Shown here one piece after another: positions 1 through 11,500 of a stretch of 64,000 bases of DNA (position 1 is the stretch's first letter; each line of letters starts with the position of its first letter). Both the position numbers and the translations under genes were made by a program. Location: positions 3,596,001-3,660,000 of the forward strand of contig NC_087436.1 in NCBI RefSeq assembly GCF_036321535.1. Direction: 5' to 3'. The stretch comes from Camelus dromedarius (taxonomy: Eukaryota). Under the pieces are notes generated by a model that saw only the letters and a list, made by a program, of their open reading frames with translations, was not told the DNA's origin and ran no database searches.

Positions 1-499
1 GTTTTCACTGTAAAACCGAGTTGGAGCTTGTACCCCCCCATATATATGTATGGAGTGGAGTTTGCAAGTGAAAAGAAACTTTGTGTTCCCAACAATATAG
101 GTGAAGGACGGCTTTCACACACACTTATCTCTCAGAACAGAGAATGTGGAGAGACTTTCGTTCATCTAGCACAAAGGGAACGGGTTGCATTAGAAACTTT
201 TTCTCTGGTTTCTCAGTCTGTTTCGTAGTGCCGGTGTGAAGTTCCTGCAGTTTTCACTGTAAAAACGAGTTGGAGCTAGTACCTCCCCATATATATGTAT
301 GGAGTGGAGTTTGCAACTGAAAAGAGACTTTGTGTTAACAACAAGCTAGGTGAAGTACGGCATTCACACACACTTATCTCTCAGAAATGAGCATGTGGAG
401 AGACGTTCGTTCATCTAGCACAAAGGGAACGGGTTGCAGGAGAAACTTTTACTCTGGTATCTCAGTCTGTTTCCTATTGCCGGTATGAAGTTCCTTCAG

Positions 500-3390
500 T
501 TTTCACTGTAAAACCGAGTTGGATCTAGTACCTCTCCATATATATGTGTGGAGTGGAGTTAGCAATTGAAAAGGAACTTTGTGTTCCCAACAAGCTAGGT
601 GAAGGCGGCTTTCACACACAATTTTCTCTCAGAACTGAGCATGTGGAGAGACGTTCGTTCATCTAGCACAAAAGGAACGGGTTGCAGGAGAAACATTTTC
701 TCTGGTTTCTCAGTCTGTTCCCTAGTGCCTGTTTGAAGTTCCTGTAGTTTTCACTGTAAAACAGAGTTGGAGCTAATAACTTCCCCATATATTTATATCT
801 AGTGGTGTATGCAACTGAAAAGAAACTTTGTATTCCCAACAAGCTAGGTGAAGGTCGGCTTTCACACACACATATTTCTAAGAACTGAGCATGTGGAGAG
901 ACGTTCGTTCATCTAGCACAAAAGGAACGGGTTGCAGGAGAAACTTTGACTCTGGATTCTCAGCCTGTTTCCTAGTGCCGGTTTGAAGTTCCTGCAGTTT
1001 TCACTGTAAAACCGAGTTGGAGCTTGTACCTCCCCATATATATGTATGGATTGGGGTTTGCAAGTGAAAAGAAACTTTGTGTTCCAAACAAGCTAGTTGA
1101 AGGACGGCTTTCACACACACTTATCTCTCAGAACTGAGCATGTGGAGAGACGTTCGTTCATCTAGCAAAAAGGGAACGGGTTGCAGGAGTAACTTTTACT
1201 CTGGTTTCTCATTCTGTTTCCTAGTGCCGGTTTGAAGTTCCTGCAGTTTTCACTGTAAAATCGAGTTGGAGTTAGTACCTCCCCATATATATGTATGGAG
1301 TGGAGTTTGCAACTGAAAAGAAACTTTGTGTTCCCAACAAGCTATTTGAAGTACGGCTTTCACACACACATATCTCTAAGAACTGAGCATGTGGAGAGAC
1401 GTTCGTTCATCTAGCCCAAAAGGAACGGGGTGCAGGAGAAACTTTTTCTCTGGTTTCTCAGTCTGTTTCCTAGGGCGGGATTGAAGTTCCTTCAGTTTTC
1501 ACTGTAAAACCGAGTTGGATCTAGTACCTCCCCGTATATATGTATGGAGTGGAGTTTGCAACTGAAAAGGAACTTTGTGTTCCCAACAAGCTAGGTGAAG
1601 GACGGCTTTCACACACACTTTTCTCTCAGAACTGAGCATGTGGAGAGACGTTCATTCATCTAGCACAAAAGGAACGGGATGCAGGAGAAAGTTCTTCTCT
1701 GGTTTCCCAGTCTGTTTCCTAGTGCCGGTTTGAAGTTCCTGCAGTTTTCACTGTAAAACCGAGTTGGAGCTTGTACCTCCCCATATATATGTATGGATTG
1801 GGGTTTGAAAGTGAAAAGAAACTTTGTGTTCCCAACAAGCTAGGTGAAGTACGGCTTTCACACACACTTATCTCTCAGAACTGAGCATGTGCAGAGACGT
1901 TCGTTCATCTAGCAAAAAGGGAACGGTTTGCAGGAGAAACATTTACTCTGGTTTCTCAGTCTTTTTACTAGTGCCGGTTTGAAGTTCCTGCAGTTTTCAC
2001 TGTAAAACCGAGTTGGAGCTAGTACCTCCCCATAAATATGTATGGAGTGGAGTTGGCAACTGAAAAGAAACTTTGTGTTCCCAACAAGCTAGGTTAAGGG
2101 CGGATTTCACACACACGTATCTCTCAGAAATGAGCATGTGGAGAGACGTTCGTTCATCTAGCACAAAAGGAACGGGGTGCAGGAGAAACTTTTACTCTGG
2201 TTTCTCAGTCTGTTTCCTAGTTCCGGTTTGAAGTTCCTGCAGTTTTCACTGTAAAACCGAGTTGGAGCTAGTACCTCCCCATATATATGTATGGAGTGGA
2301 GTTTGCAACTGAAAAGAGACTTTGTGTTAACATCAAGCTAGGTGAAGGACGGCTTTCACACACACTTATCTCTCAGAACTGAGCATGTGGAAAGAATTTC
2401 GTTCATCTAGCACAAAGGGAAAGCTTGCAGGATAAACTTTTACTCTGTGTTCTCTGTCTATTTCCTAGTGCCGGTTTGAAGTTCCTGCAGTTTTCACTGT
2501 AAAACCGAGTTGGATCTAGTACCTCTCCATATATATGTGTGGAGTGGAGTTAGCAATTGAAAAGGAACTTTGTGTTCCCAACAAGCTAAGTGAAGGCGGC
2601 TTTCACACACAATTTTCTCTCAGAACTGAGCATGTGGAGAGACGTTCTTTCATCTAGCACAAAAGAAACGGGTTGCAGGAGAAACATTTTCTCTGGTTTC
2701 TCAGTCTGTTCCCTAGTGCCTGTTTGAAGTTCCTGCAGTTTTCACTGTAAAACAGAGTTGGAGCTAATAACTTCCCCATATATATATATCTAGTGGTGTA
2801 TGCAACTGAAAAGAAACTTTGTATTCCCAACAAGCTAGGTGAAGGTCGGCTTTCACACACACATATCTCTAAGAACTGAGCATGTGGAGAGACGTTCGTT
2901 CATCTAGCACAAAGGAACGGGTTGCAGGAGAAACTTTGACTCTGGATTCTCAGCCTGTTTCCTAGTGCCGGTTTGAAGTTCCTGCATTTTTCACTGTAAA
3001 AACGAGTTGGAGCTTGTACCTCCCCATATATATGTATGGATTGGGGTTTGCAAGTGAAAAGAAACTTTGTGTTCCAAACAAGCTAGGTGAAGTACGGCTT
3101 TCACACACACTTATCTCTCAGAACTGAGCATGTGGAGAGACGTTCGTTCATCTACCAAAAAGGGATCGGGTTGCAGGAGTAACTTTTACTCTGGTTTCTC
3201 AGTCTGTTTCCTAGTGCCGGTTTGAAGTTCCTGCAGTTTTCAATGTAAAATCGAGTTGGAGTTAGTACCTCCCCATATATATGTATGAAGTGGAGTTTGC
3301 AAATGAAAAGAAACTTTGTGTTCCCAACAAGCTATTTGAAGTACGGCTTTCACACACACATATCTCTCAGAACTGAGCATGTGGAAAGAA
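500..3390. repeat. Block duplication at an 8-monomer offset (~1991 bp): ~500-1370 vs ~2490-3360
   Basis: Private variant GGATCTAGTACCTCTCC...GTGTGG...TTAGCAATTG at 521 and 2512; GCTATTTGAAGTACGG at 1341 and 3331; near-identical ORFs at 663 and 2654. Confidence 0.85.
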
Positions 3391-6300
3391 GTTCGTTCAT
3401 CTAGCACAAAGGGAAAGCTTGCAGGATAAACTTTTACTCTGTGTTCTCTGTCTATTTCCTAGTGCCGATTTGAAGTTACTGCAGTATTCACTTTTAAACC
3501 GAGTTGGAGCTAGTACCTCCCCATATACATGTATGGAGTGGAGTTTGCAAGTGAAAAGAAGCTTCGTGTTCCCAACAAGCTAGGTGAAGGACCGCTACCA
3601 CACACACTTATCTCTCAGAACTGTGCATGTGGAGAGACGTTCGTTCATCTAGCACAAAAGGAACGGGTTGCAGGAGAAACTATTTCTCCGGTTTCTCAGT
3701 CTGTTTCCTAGTGCCTGTTTGAAGTTCCTGCAGTTTTCACTGTAAAACAGAGTTGGAGCTAATACCTCCCCATATATATGTATGTAGTGGTGTATGCAAC
3801 TGAAAAGAAACTTTGTATTCCCAACAAGCTAGGTGAATGTCGGCTTTCACACACACATATCTCTCAGAACTGAGCATGTGGAGAGACGTTCGTTCATCTA
3901 GCACAAAGGGATCGGGTTGCCGGAGAAACTATTACTCTGGTTTCTCAGTCTGTTTCCTAGTGCCGGTTTGAAGTTCCTGAAGTTTTCTGTGTCAAACCGA
4001 GTTGGAGCTAGTACCTCCCCTTATATAAATATGGAGTGGAGTTTGCAACTGAAAAGAAAATTTGTGTTCACAACAAGCTAGGTGAAGGACGGCTTCCCAC
4101 ACACTTATCTCTCAGAAATGAGCATGTGGAGAGACGTTCGTTCACCTAGCACAAAGGGAAAGGTTTGCAGGAGAAACTTTTACTCTGGTTTCCCAGTCTG
4201 TTTCCTAGGGCCGGTTTGAAGTTCCTGCAGTTTTCACTGTAAAACAGAGTTGGTGCTAGTACCTCCCCATATAAATTTATGGAGTGGAGTTTGCAACTGA
4301 AAAGAAACTTTGTGTTCCCAACAAGCTAGGTGAAGGAAGGCTTTCACACACACTTATCTCTCAGAACTGAGCATGTGGAGAGACGTTCGTTCATCTAGCA
4401 CAAAGGGAACGGGTTGCAGGAGAAACATTTACTCTGGTTTCTCAGTCTGTTTCCTAGTGCCGGGTTGAATTTCCTGCAGTTTTCACTGTAAACCGAGTTG
4501 GAGCTAGTACCTCCCCATAGATATGTATCTAGTTGAGTTTGCAACTGAAAAGAAACTTTGTATTCCCAACAAGCTAGGTGAAGGACGGCTTTCAAACACA
4601 ATTATCTCTCAGAACTGAGCATGTGGAGAGACGTTCGTTCATCTAGCACAAAGGGAACGGGTTGCAGGGGAAACTTTGACTCTGGTTTCTCATTCTGTTT
4701 TCTAATGCCGGTTTGAAGTTCCTGCAGATTTCGCTGTAAAATCGAGTTGGAGCTAGTACCTCCCCATATATATGTATGGAATGGAGTTTGCAACTGAAAA
4801 GATTCTATGTGTTCCCAACAAGCTAGGTGAAGGAAGGCTTTCAAGCACAGTTATCTATCAGAACTGAGCATGTGGAGAGACGTTCGTTCATCTAGCACAA
4901 AAGGATCGGGTTGCAGGAGAAACTTTTACTCTGGTTTCTCAGTCTGTTTCCTAGTTCCGGTTTGAAGTTCCTGCAGTTTTCACTGTAAAACCGAGTTGGA
5001 GCTAGTACCTCCCCTTATATATGTATGGAGTGGAGTTTGCAACTGAAAAGAGACTTTGGGTTAACAACAAGCTAGGTGAAGTACGGCTTTCACACACACT
5101 TATCTCTCAGAACTGAGCATGTGGAGAGACGTTCGTTCATCTAGCACAAAGGGAACGTGTTGCAGGAGAAACTTTTACTCTGGTTTCTCAGTCTGTTTCC
5201 TATTGCCGGTATGAAGTTCCTTCAGTTTTCACTGTAAAACCGAGTTGGATCTAGTACCTCTCCATATATATGTGTGGAGTGGAGTTAGCAACTGAAAAGA
5301 AACTTTGTGTTCCCAACAAGCTAGTTGAAGGACGGCTTTCACACACATATCTCTCAGAACTGAGCATGTGGAGAGACGTTCGTTCATCTAGCAAAAAGGG
5401 AACGGGTTGCAGGAGTAAATTTTACTCTGTGATCTCAGTCTGTTTAATAGTGCCGGTTTCAAGTTCCTGCAGTTTTCACTGTAAAACCGAGTTGGAGCTT
5501 GTACCTCCCCATATATATGTATGGATTGGGGTTTGCAAGTGAAAAGAAACTTTGTGTTCCCAACAAGCTAGGTGAAGGACGGCTTTCACACACAATTATC
5601 TCTCAGAACTCAGCATGTGCAGAAACTTTCGTTCATCTAGCACAAAGGGAACGGGTTGCAGGAGAAACTTTTACTCTAGTTTCTCAGTCTGTTTCCTAGT
5701 TCCGGTTGGAAGTTCCTGCAGTTTTCACTGTAAAACCGAGTTGGAGCTACTACTTCCCCATATATATGTATGGAGTGGAGTTTGCAACTGAAAAGAAACT
5801 TTCTGTTCAAAACAAGCTAGGTGAAGTATTGCTTCCACACACACTTATCTCTCAGAACTGAGCATGTGGAGAGACGTTCGTTCATCTAGCACAAAGGGAA
5901 CTGGTTGCAGGAGAAAATTTTACTCTGGTTTCTCAGTCTGTTTCCTAGTGCCTGTTTGAATTTCCTGCAGTTTTCACTTTAAAACCGAGTTGGAGCTTGT
6001 ACCTCCCCATATATATGTATGGAGTGGAGTTTGCAACCGAAAAGAAACTTTGTTTTCCCATCAAGCAAGGTGAAGGACGGCTTTCAAACACAATTCTCTC
6101 TCAGAACTGAGCATGAGGAAAGACGTTCGTTCATCTAGCACAAAGGGAACGGTTTGCTGGAGAAACTTTACTCTGGTTTCTCAGTCTGTTTCCTAGTGCC
6201 GGTTTGAAGTTCCTGCAGTTTTCACCTTACAACCGAGTTGGAGCTTGACCTCCCCATATATATGTATGGAGTGGAGTTTTCAAGTGAAAAGAAACTTTGT

Positions 6301-7029
6301 GTTCCCAAAAACTAGGTGAAGGACTGCTTTCACACACAAATATCTCTCAGAACTGAGCATGTGGAGAGACGTTCGTTCATCTAGCACAAAGGGAACGGGT
6401 TGCAGGAGAAACTTTTACTCTGGTTTCTCAGTCTGTTTCCTAGTGCAGGTTTGAAGTTCCTGCAATTTTCACTGTAAAACCGAGTTGGAGCTAGTACCTC
6501 CCCATATATATGTATGGAGTGGAGTTTGCAAGTGAGAAGAAACTTTGTGTTCCCAACAAGCTAGGTGAAGGACGGCTTTCACACACACTTTTCTCTCAGA
6601 ACTGAGCATGTGGAGGGAGGTTCGTTCATCTAGCACAAAGGGAACGGGTTGCAGGAGAAACTTTTACTCTGGTTTCTCAGTCTTTTTCCTAGTGCCGGTT
6701 TGAAGTTCCTGCAGTTTTCACTGTAAAACCGAGTTGGAGCTAGTACCTCCCCATATATATGTATGGAGTGGAGTTTGCAAGTGAAAAGAAACTTTGAGTT
6801 CCCAACAAGCTAGGTGAAGGACGGCTTTCACACACACTTATCTCTCAGAACTGAGCATGTGGAGAGACGTTCGTTCATCTAGCACAAATGGAACGGGTTG
6901 CAGGAGAAACTTTTACTCTGGTTTCTCAGTCTGTTTCCTAGTGCCAGTTTGAAATTCCTGCAATTTTCACTGTGAAACCGATTTGGAGCTAGTACCTCCA
7001 CATATATATGAATGGAGTGGAGATTGCAA

Positions 7030-8000
7030 GTGAAAAGAAGCTTCGTGTTCCCAACAAGCTAGGTGAAGGACGGCTTTCACACACACTTATCTCTCAGAAC
7101 TGAGCATGTGGAGAGACGTTCGTTCATCTAGCACAAATTGAACGTGTTGCAGGAGAAACTTTTACTCTGGTTTCTCAGTCTGTTTCCTAGTTCCGGTTGG
7201 AATTTCCTGCAGTTTTCACTGTAAAACCGAGTTGGAGCTAGGACTTCCCCATATATATGTATGGAGTGGAGTTGGCAAATGAAAAGAAACTTTGTGTTCC
7301 CAACAAGCTAGGTGAAGGACCGCTTCCACACACACTTATCTCTCAGAACTGAGCATGTGGAGAGACGTTCGTTCATCTAGCACAAAGGGAACGGGTTGCA
7401 GGAGAAAATTTTACTCTGGTTTCTCAGTCTGTTTCCTAGTGCCTGTTTGAATTTCCTGCAGTTTTCACTTTAAAACAGTGTTGGAGCTAGTACCTCCCCA
7501 TATATATGTATGGAGTGGAGTTTGCAAGTGAAAAGAAGCTTCGTGTTCCCAACAAGCTAGGTGAAGGACGGCTTTCACACACACTTATCTCTCAGAACTG
7601 AGCATGTGGAGAGACGTTCGTTCATCTAGCACAAATTGAACGGGTTGCAGGAGAAACTTTTACTCTGGTTTCTCAGTCTGTTTCCTAGTTCCGGTTGGAA
7701 GTTCCTGCAGTTTTCACTGTAAAACCGAGTTGGAGCTAGTACTTCCCCATATATATGTATGGATTGGAGTTTGCAACTTAAAAGAAACTTTGTGTTCCCA
7801 ACAAGCTAGGTGAAGTACCGCTTCCACACACACTTATCTCTCAGAACTGAGCATGTGGAGAGACGTTCGTTCATCTAGCACAAAGGGAACTGGTTGCAGG
7901 AGAAAATTTTACTCTGGTTTCTCAGTCTGTTTCCTAGTGCCTGTTTGAATTTCCTGCAGTTTTCACTTTAAAACCGAGTTGGAGCTTGTACCTCCCCATA
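7030..8000. repeat. Tandem 2-monomer (498 bp) duplication
   Basis: AAGAAGCTTCGTG ~7035/7533, CACAAATTGAAC ~7132/7630, TTCCGGTTGG 7191/7689, CGCTTCCAC 7321/7819, GCCTGTTTGAATTTCC 7441/7939. Confidence 0.85.
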
Positions 8001-8099
8001 TATATGTATGGAGTGGAGTTTGCAACCGAAAAGAAACTTTGTTTTCCCATCAAGCAAGGTGAAGGACGGCTTTCAAACACAATTGTCTCTCAGAACTGA

Positions 8100-11000
8100 G
8101 CATGAGGAGAGACGTTCGTTCATCTAGCACAAAGGTAACGATTTGCTGGAGAAACTTTACTCTGGTTTCTCAGTCTGTTTCCTATTGCCGGTTTTAAGTT
8201 CCTGCAGTTTTCACTGTAAAACCGAGTTGGAGCTTGACCTCCCCATATATATGTATGGAGTGGAGTTTCAAGTGAAAAGAAACTTTGTGTTCCCAAAAAA
8301 TTAGGTGAAGGACGGCTTTCACACACAATTATCTCTCAGAACTGAACATGTGGAGAGACGTTCGTTCATCTAGCAAAAAGGGAACGGGTTGTAGGAGAAA
8401 CTTTTACTCTGGTTTCTCAGTCTGTTTCCTAGTGCCGGTTTGAAGTTCCTGCAATTTTCACGGTAAAATCGTGTTGGAGCTTGTACCTCCCCATATATAT
8501 GTATGGAGTGGAGTTTGCAAGTGAAAAGAAACTTTGTGTTCCCAACAAGCTAGGTGAAGTACGGCTTTCACACACACTTATCTCTCAGAACTGAGCATGT
8601 GGAGAGAGGTTCGTTCATCTAGCACAAAGGGAACGGGTTGCAGGAGAAACTTTTACTCTGGTTTCTCAGTCTGTTTCCTAGTGCCGGTTTGAAGTTCGTG
8701 CAGTTTTCACTGTAAAACCGAGTTGGAGCTAGTACCTCCCCATATATATGTATGGAGTGGGGTTTGCAAGTGAAAAGAAACTTTGTGTTCCCAACAAGTT
8801 AGGTGAAGGATGGCTTTCACACATATTTACCTCTCAGAACTGAGCATGTGAAAAGACGTTCGTTCATCTAGCACAAGGGGAACGGGTTGCAGGAGAAACT
8901 TTTACTCTGGATTCTTAGTCTATTTCCTAGTGCCGGTTTGAATTTAATGCAGTTTCCACTGTAAAACCAAGTTGGAGCTAGTACCTCCCCATATATATGT
9001 ATGGAATGTAGTTTGCAACTGAAAAGAAACTTTGTGTTCCCAATAAGCTAGGTGAAGGACGGCTTTCACACACACTTATCTCTCAGAACTGAGCATGTGG
9101 AGAGACGTTCGTTCATCTAGCATAAAGGACCTGGTTGCAGGAGAAACTTTTACTCTGGTTTCTCAATCTGTTTCCTATTGCCGGTTTGAAGTTCCTGCAG
9201 TTTTCACTGTAAACCCGAGTTGGAGCTCTTACCTCGCCATATATATGTATGGAGTGGAGTTTGCAAGGGAAAAGTATCTTTGTGTTCCCAATAAGCTAAG
9301 TGAAGGACGGCTTTCACACACACTTATCTCTCAGAACTGAGCATGAGGAGAGACGTTCGTTCATCTAGGACAAAGGGAACGGTTTGCTGGAGAAACTTTA
9401 CTCTGGTTTCTCAGTTTGTTTCCTAGTGCCGGTTTGAAGTTCCTGCTTTTTCACTGTAAAACCGAGTTGGAGCTTGTTCCTCCCCATATATATGTATGGA
9501 GTGGAATTTTCAAGTGAAAAGAAACTTTGTGTTCCCAAAAACTAGGTGAAGGACGGCTTTCACACACAAATATCTCTCAGAACTGAGCATGTGGAGAGAC
9601 GTTCGTTCATCTAGCACAAAGGGAACGGGTTGCAGGAGAAACTTTTACTCTGGTTTCTCATTCTGTTTCCTAGTGCCGGTTTGAAGTTCGTGCAGTTTTC
9701 ACTGTAAAACCGAGTTGGAGCTTGTACCTCCCTATATATATGTATGGAGTGGAGTTTGCAAGTGAAAAGAAACTTTGTGTTCCCAACAAGTTAGGTGAAG
9801 GACGGCTTTCACACACATTTACCTCTCAGAACTGAGCATGTGAAAAGACGTTCGTTCATCTAGCACAAGGGGATCGGGTTGCAGGAGAAACTTTTACTCT
9901 GGATTCTTAGTCTATTTCCTAGTGCCGGTTTGAACTTAATGCAGTTTTCACTGTAAAACCGAGTTGGAGCTAGTACCTCCCCATATATATGTATGGAATG
10001 TAGTTTGCAACTGAAAAGATATTTTGTGTTCCCAATAAGCTAGGTGAAGGATGGCTTTCACACACACTTATCTCTCAGAACTGAGCATATGGAGAGACGT
10101 TCGTTCATCTAGCATAAAGTACTTGGTTGCAGGAGAAACTTTTACTCTGGTTTCTCAATCTGTTTCCTATTGCCGGTTTGAAGTTAATGCAGTTTTCACT
10201 GTAAAACCGAGTTGGAGCTAGAACCTCCCCATATATATGTATGGATTGGAGTTTGCAACTGAAAAGAAACTTTGTGTTCCCAATAAGCAAGGTGAAGGAC
10301 GGCTTTCACACACACTTATCTCTCAGAACTGAGCATGTGGAGAGACGGTCGTTCATCTAGCACAAAGGAACTGGTTGCAGGAGAAACTTTTACTCTGGTT
10401 TCCCAATCTGTTTCCTATTGCCGGTTTGAAGTTAATGCAGTTTTCACTGTAAAACCGAGTTGGAGCTAGAACCTCCCCATATATATGTATGGAGTGGAGT
10501 TTGCAAGGGAAAAGAATCTTTGTGTTCCCAACAAGCTAGGTGAAGGACGGCTTTCACACACAATTGTCTCTCAGAACTGAGCATGAGGAGAGACGTTCAT
10601 TCATCTAGCACAAAGGGAACGGTTTGCTGGAGAAACTTTACTCTGGTTTCTCAGTCTGTTTCCTACTGCCGGTTTTAAGTTCCTGCAGTTTTCACTGTTA
10701 AACCGAGTTGGAGCTTGACCTCCCCATATATATGTATGGAGTGGAGTTTCAAGTGAAAAGAAACTTTGTGTTCCCAAAAAATTAGGTGAAGGACGGCTTT
10801 CACACACAATTATCTCTCAGAACTGAGCATGTGGAGAGACGTTCGTTCATCTAGCACAAAGGGAACGGGTTGTAGGAGAAACTTTTACTCTGGTTTCTCA
10901 GTCTGTTTCCTAGTGCCGGTTTGAAGTTCCTGCAATTTTCACTGTAAAATCGAGTTGGAGCTTGTACCTCCCCATATATATGTATGGAGTTGAGTTTGCA

Positions 11001-11500
11001 AGTGAAAAGAAACTTTGTGTTCCCAACAAGCTAGGTGAAGTACGGCTTTCACACACACTTATCTCTCAGAACTGAGCATGTGGAGAGAGGTTCGTTCATC
11101 TAGCACAAAGGGAACGGTTTGCAGGAGAAACTTTTACTCTGGTTTCTCAGTCTGTTTCCTAGTGCCGGTTTGAAGTTCGTGCAGTTTTCACTGTAAAACC
11201 GAGTTGGACTAGTACCTCCCCATATATATGTATGGAGTGGAGTTTGCAAGTGAAAAGAAACTTTGTGTTCCCAACAAGTTAGGTGAAGGACGGCTTTCAC
11301 ACACATTTACCTCTCAGAACTGAGCATGTGAAAAGACGTTCGTTCATCTAGCACAAGGGGAACGGGTTGCAGGAGAAACTTTTACTCTGGATTCTTAGTC
11401 TATTTCCTAGTGCCGGTTTGAAGTTAATGCATTTTTCACTGTAAAACCGAGTTGGAGCTAGTACCTCCCCATATATATGTATGGAATGTAGTTTGCAACT
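8100..11500. repeat. Block duplication at a 10-monomer offset (2481 bp): ~8100-9000 vs ~10580-11500
   Basis: CCCAAAAAATTAGG at 8292 and 10773; near-identical ORFs at 8120 and 10601. Confidence 0.8.

Noticed and set aside
39..51. TATATA as a TATA box; (CA)n and (TA)n as microsatellites
   Set aside because: These are short fixed parts of the monomer, with no downstream gene and no independent length expansion.
60..140. Resemblance to primate alpha satellite or other named mammalian satellites (AGAAACT, CTCAGAA words)
   Set aside because: Only short word matches, and the monomer length differs. No family can be assigned without a database search.
1..249. Tandem 5S rRNA, tRNA or snRNA gene cluster
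   Set aside because: I see no recognisable 5S, tRNA or snRNA sequence and no convincing Pol III A/B box pair, and indels are spread throughout the monomer.
405..434. CENP-B box-like TTCG...CGGG
   Set aside because: The two half-motifs are about 20 bp apart, not the 7 bp required by TTCGnnnnAnnCGGG.
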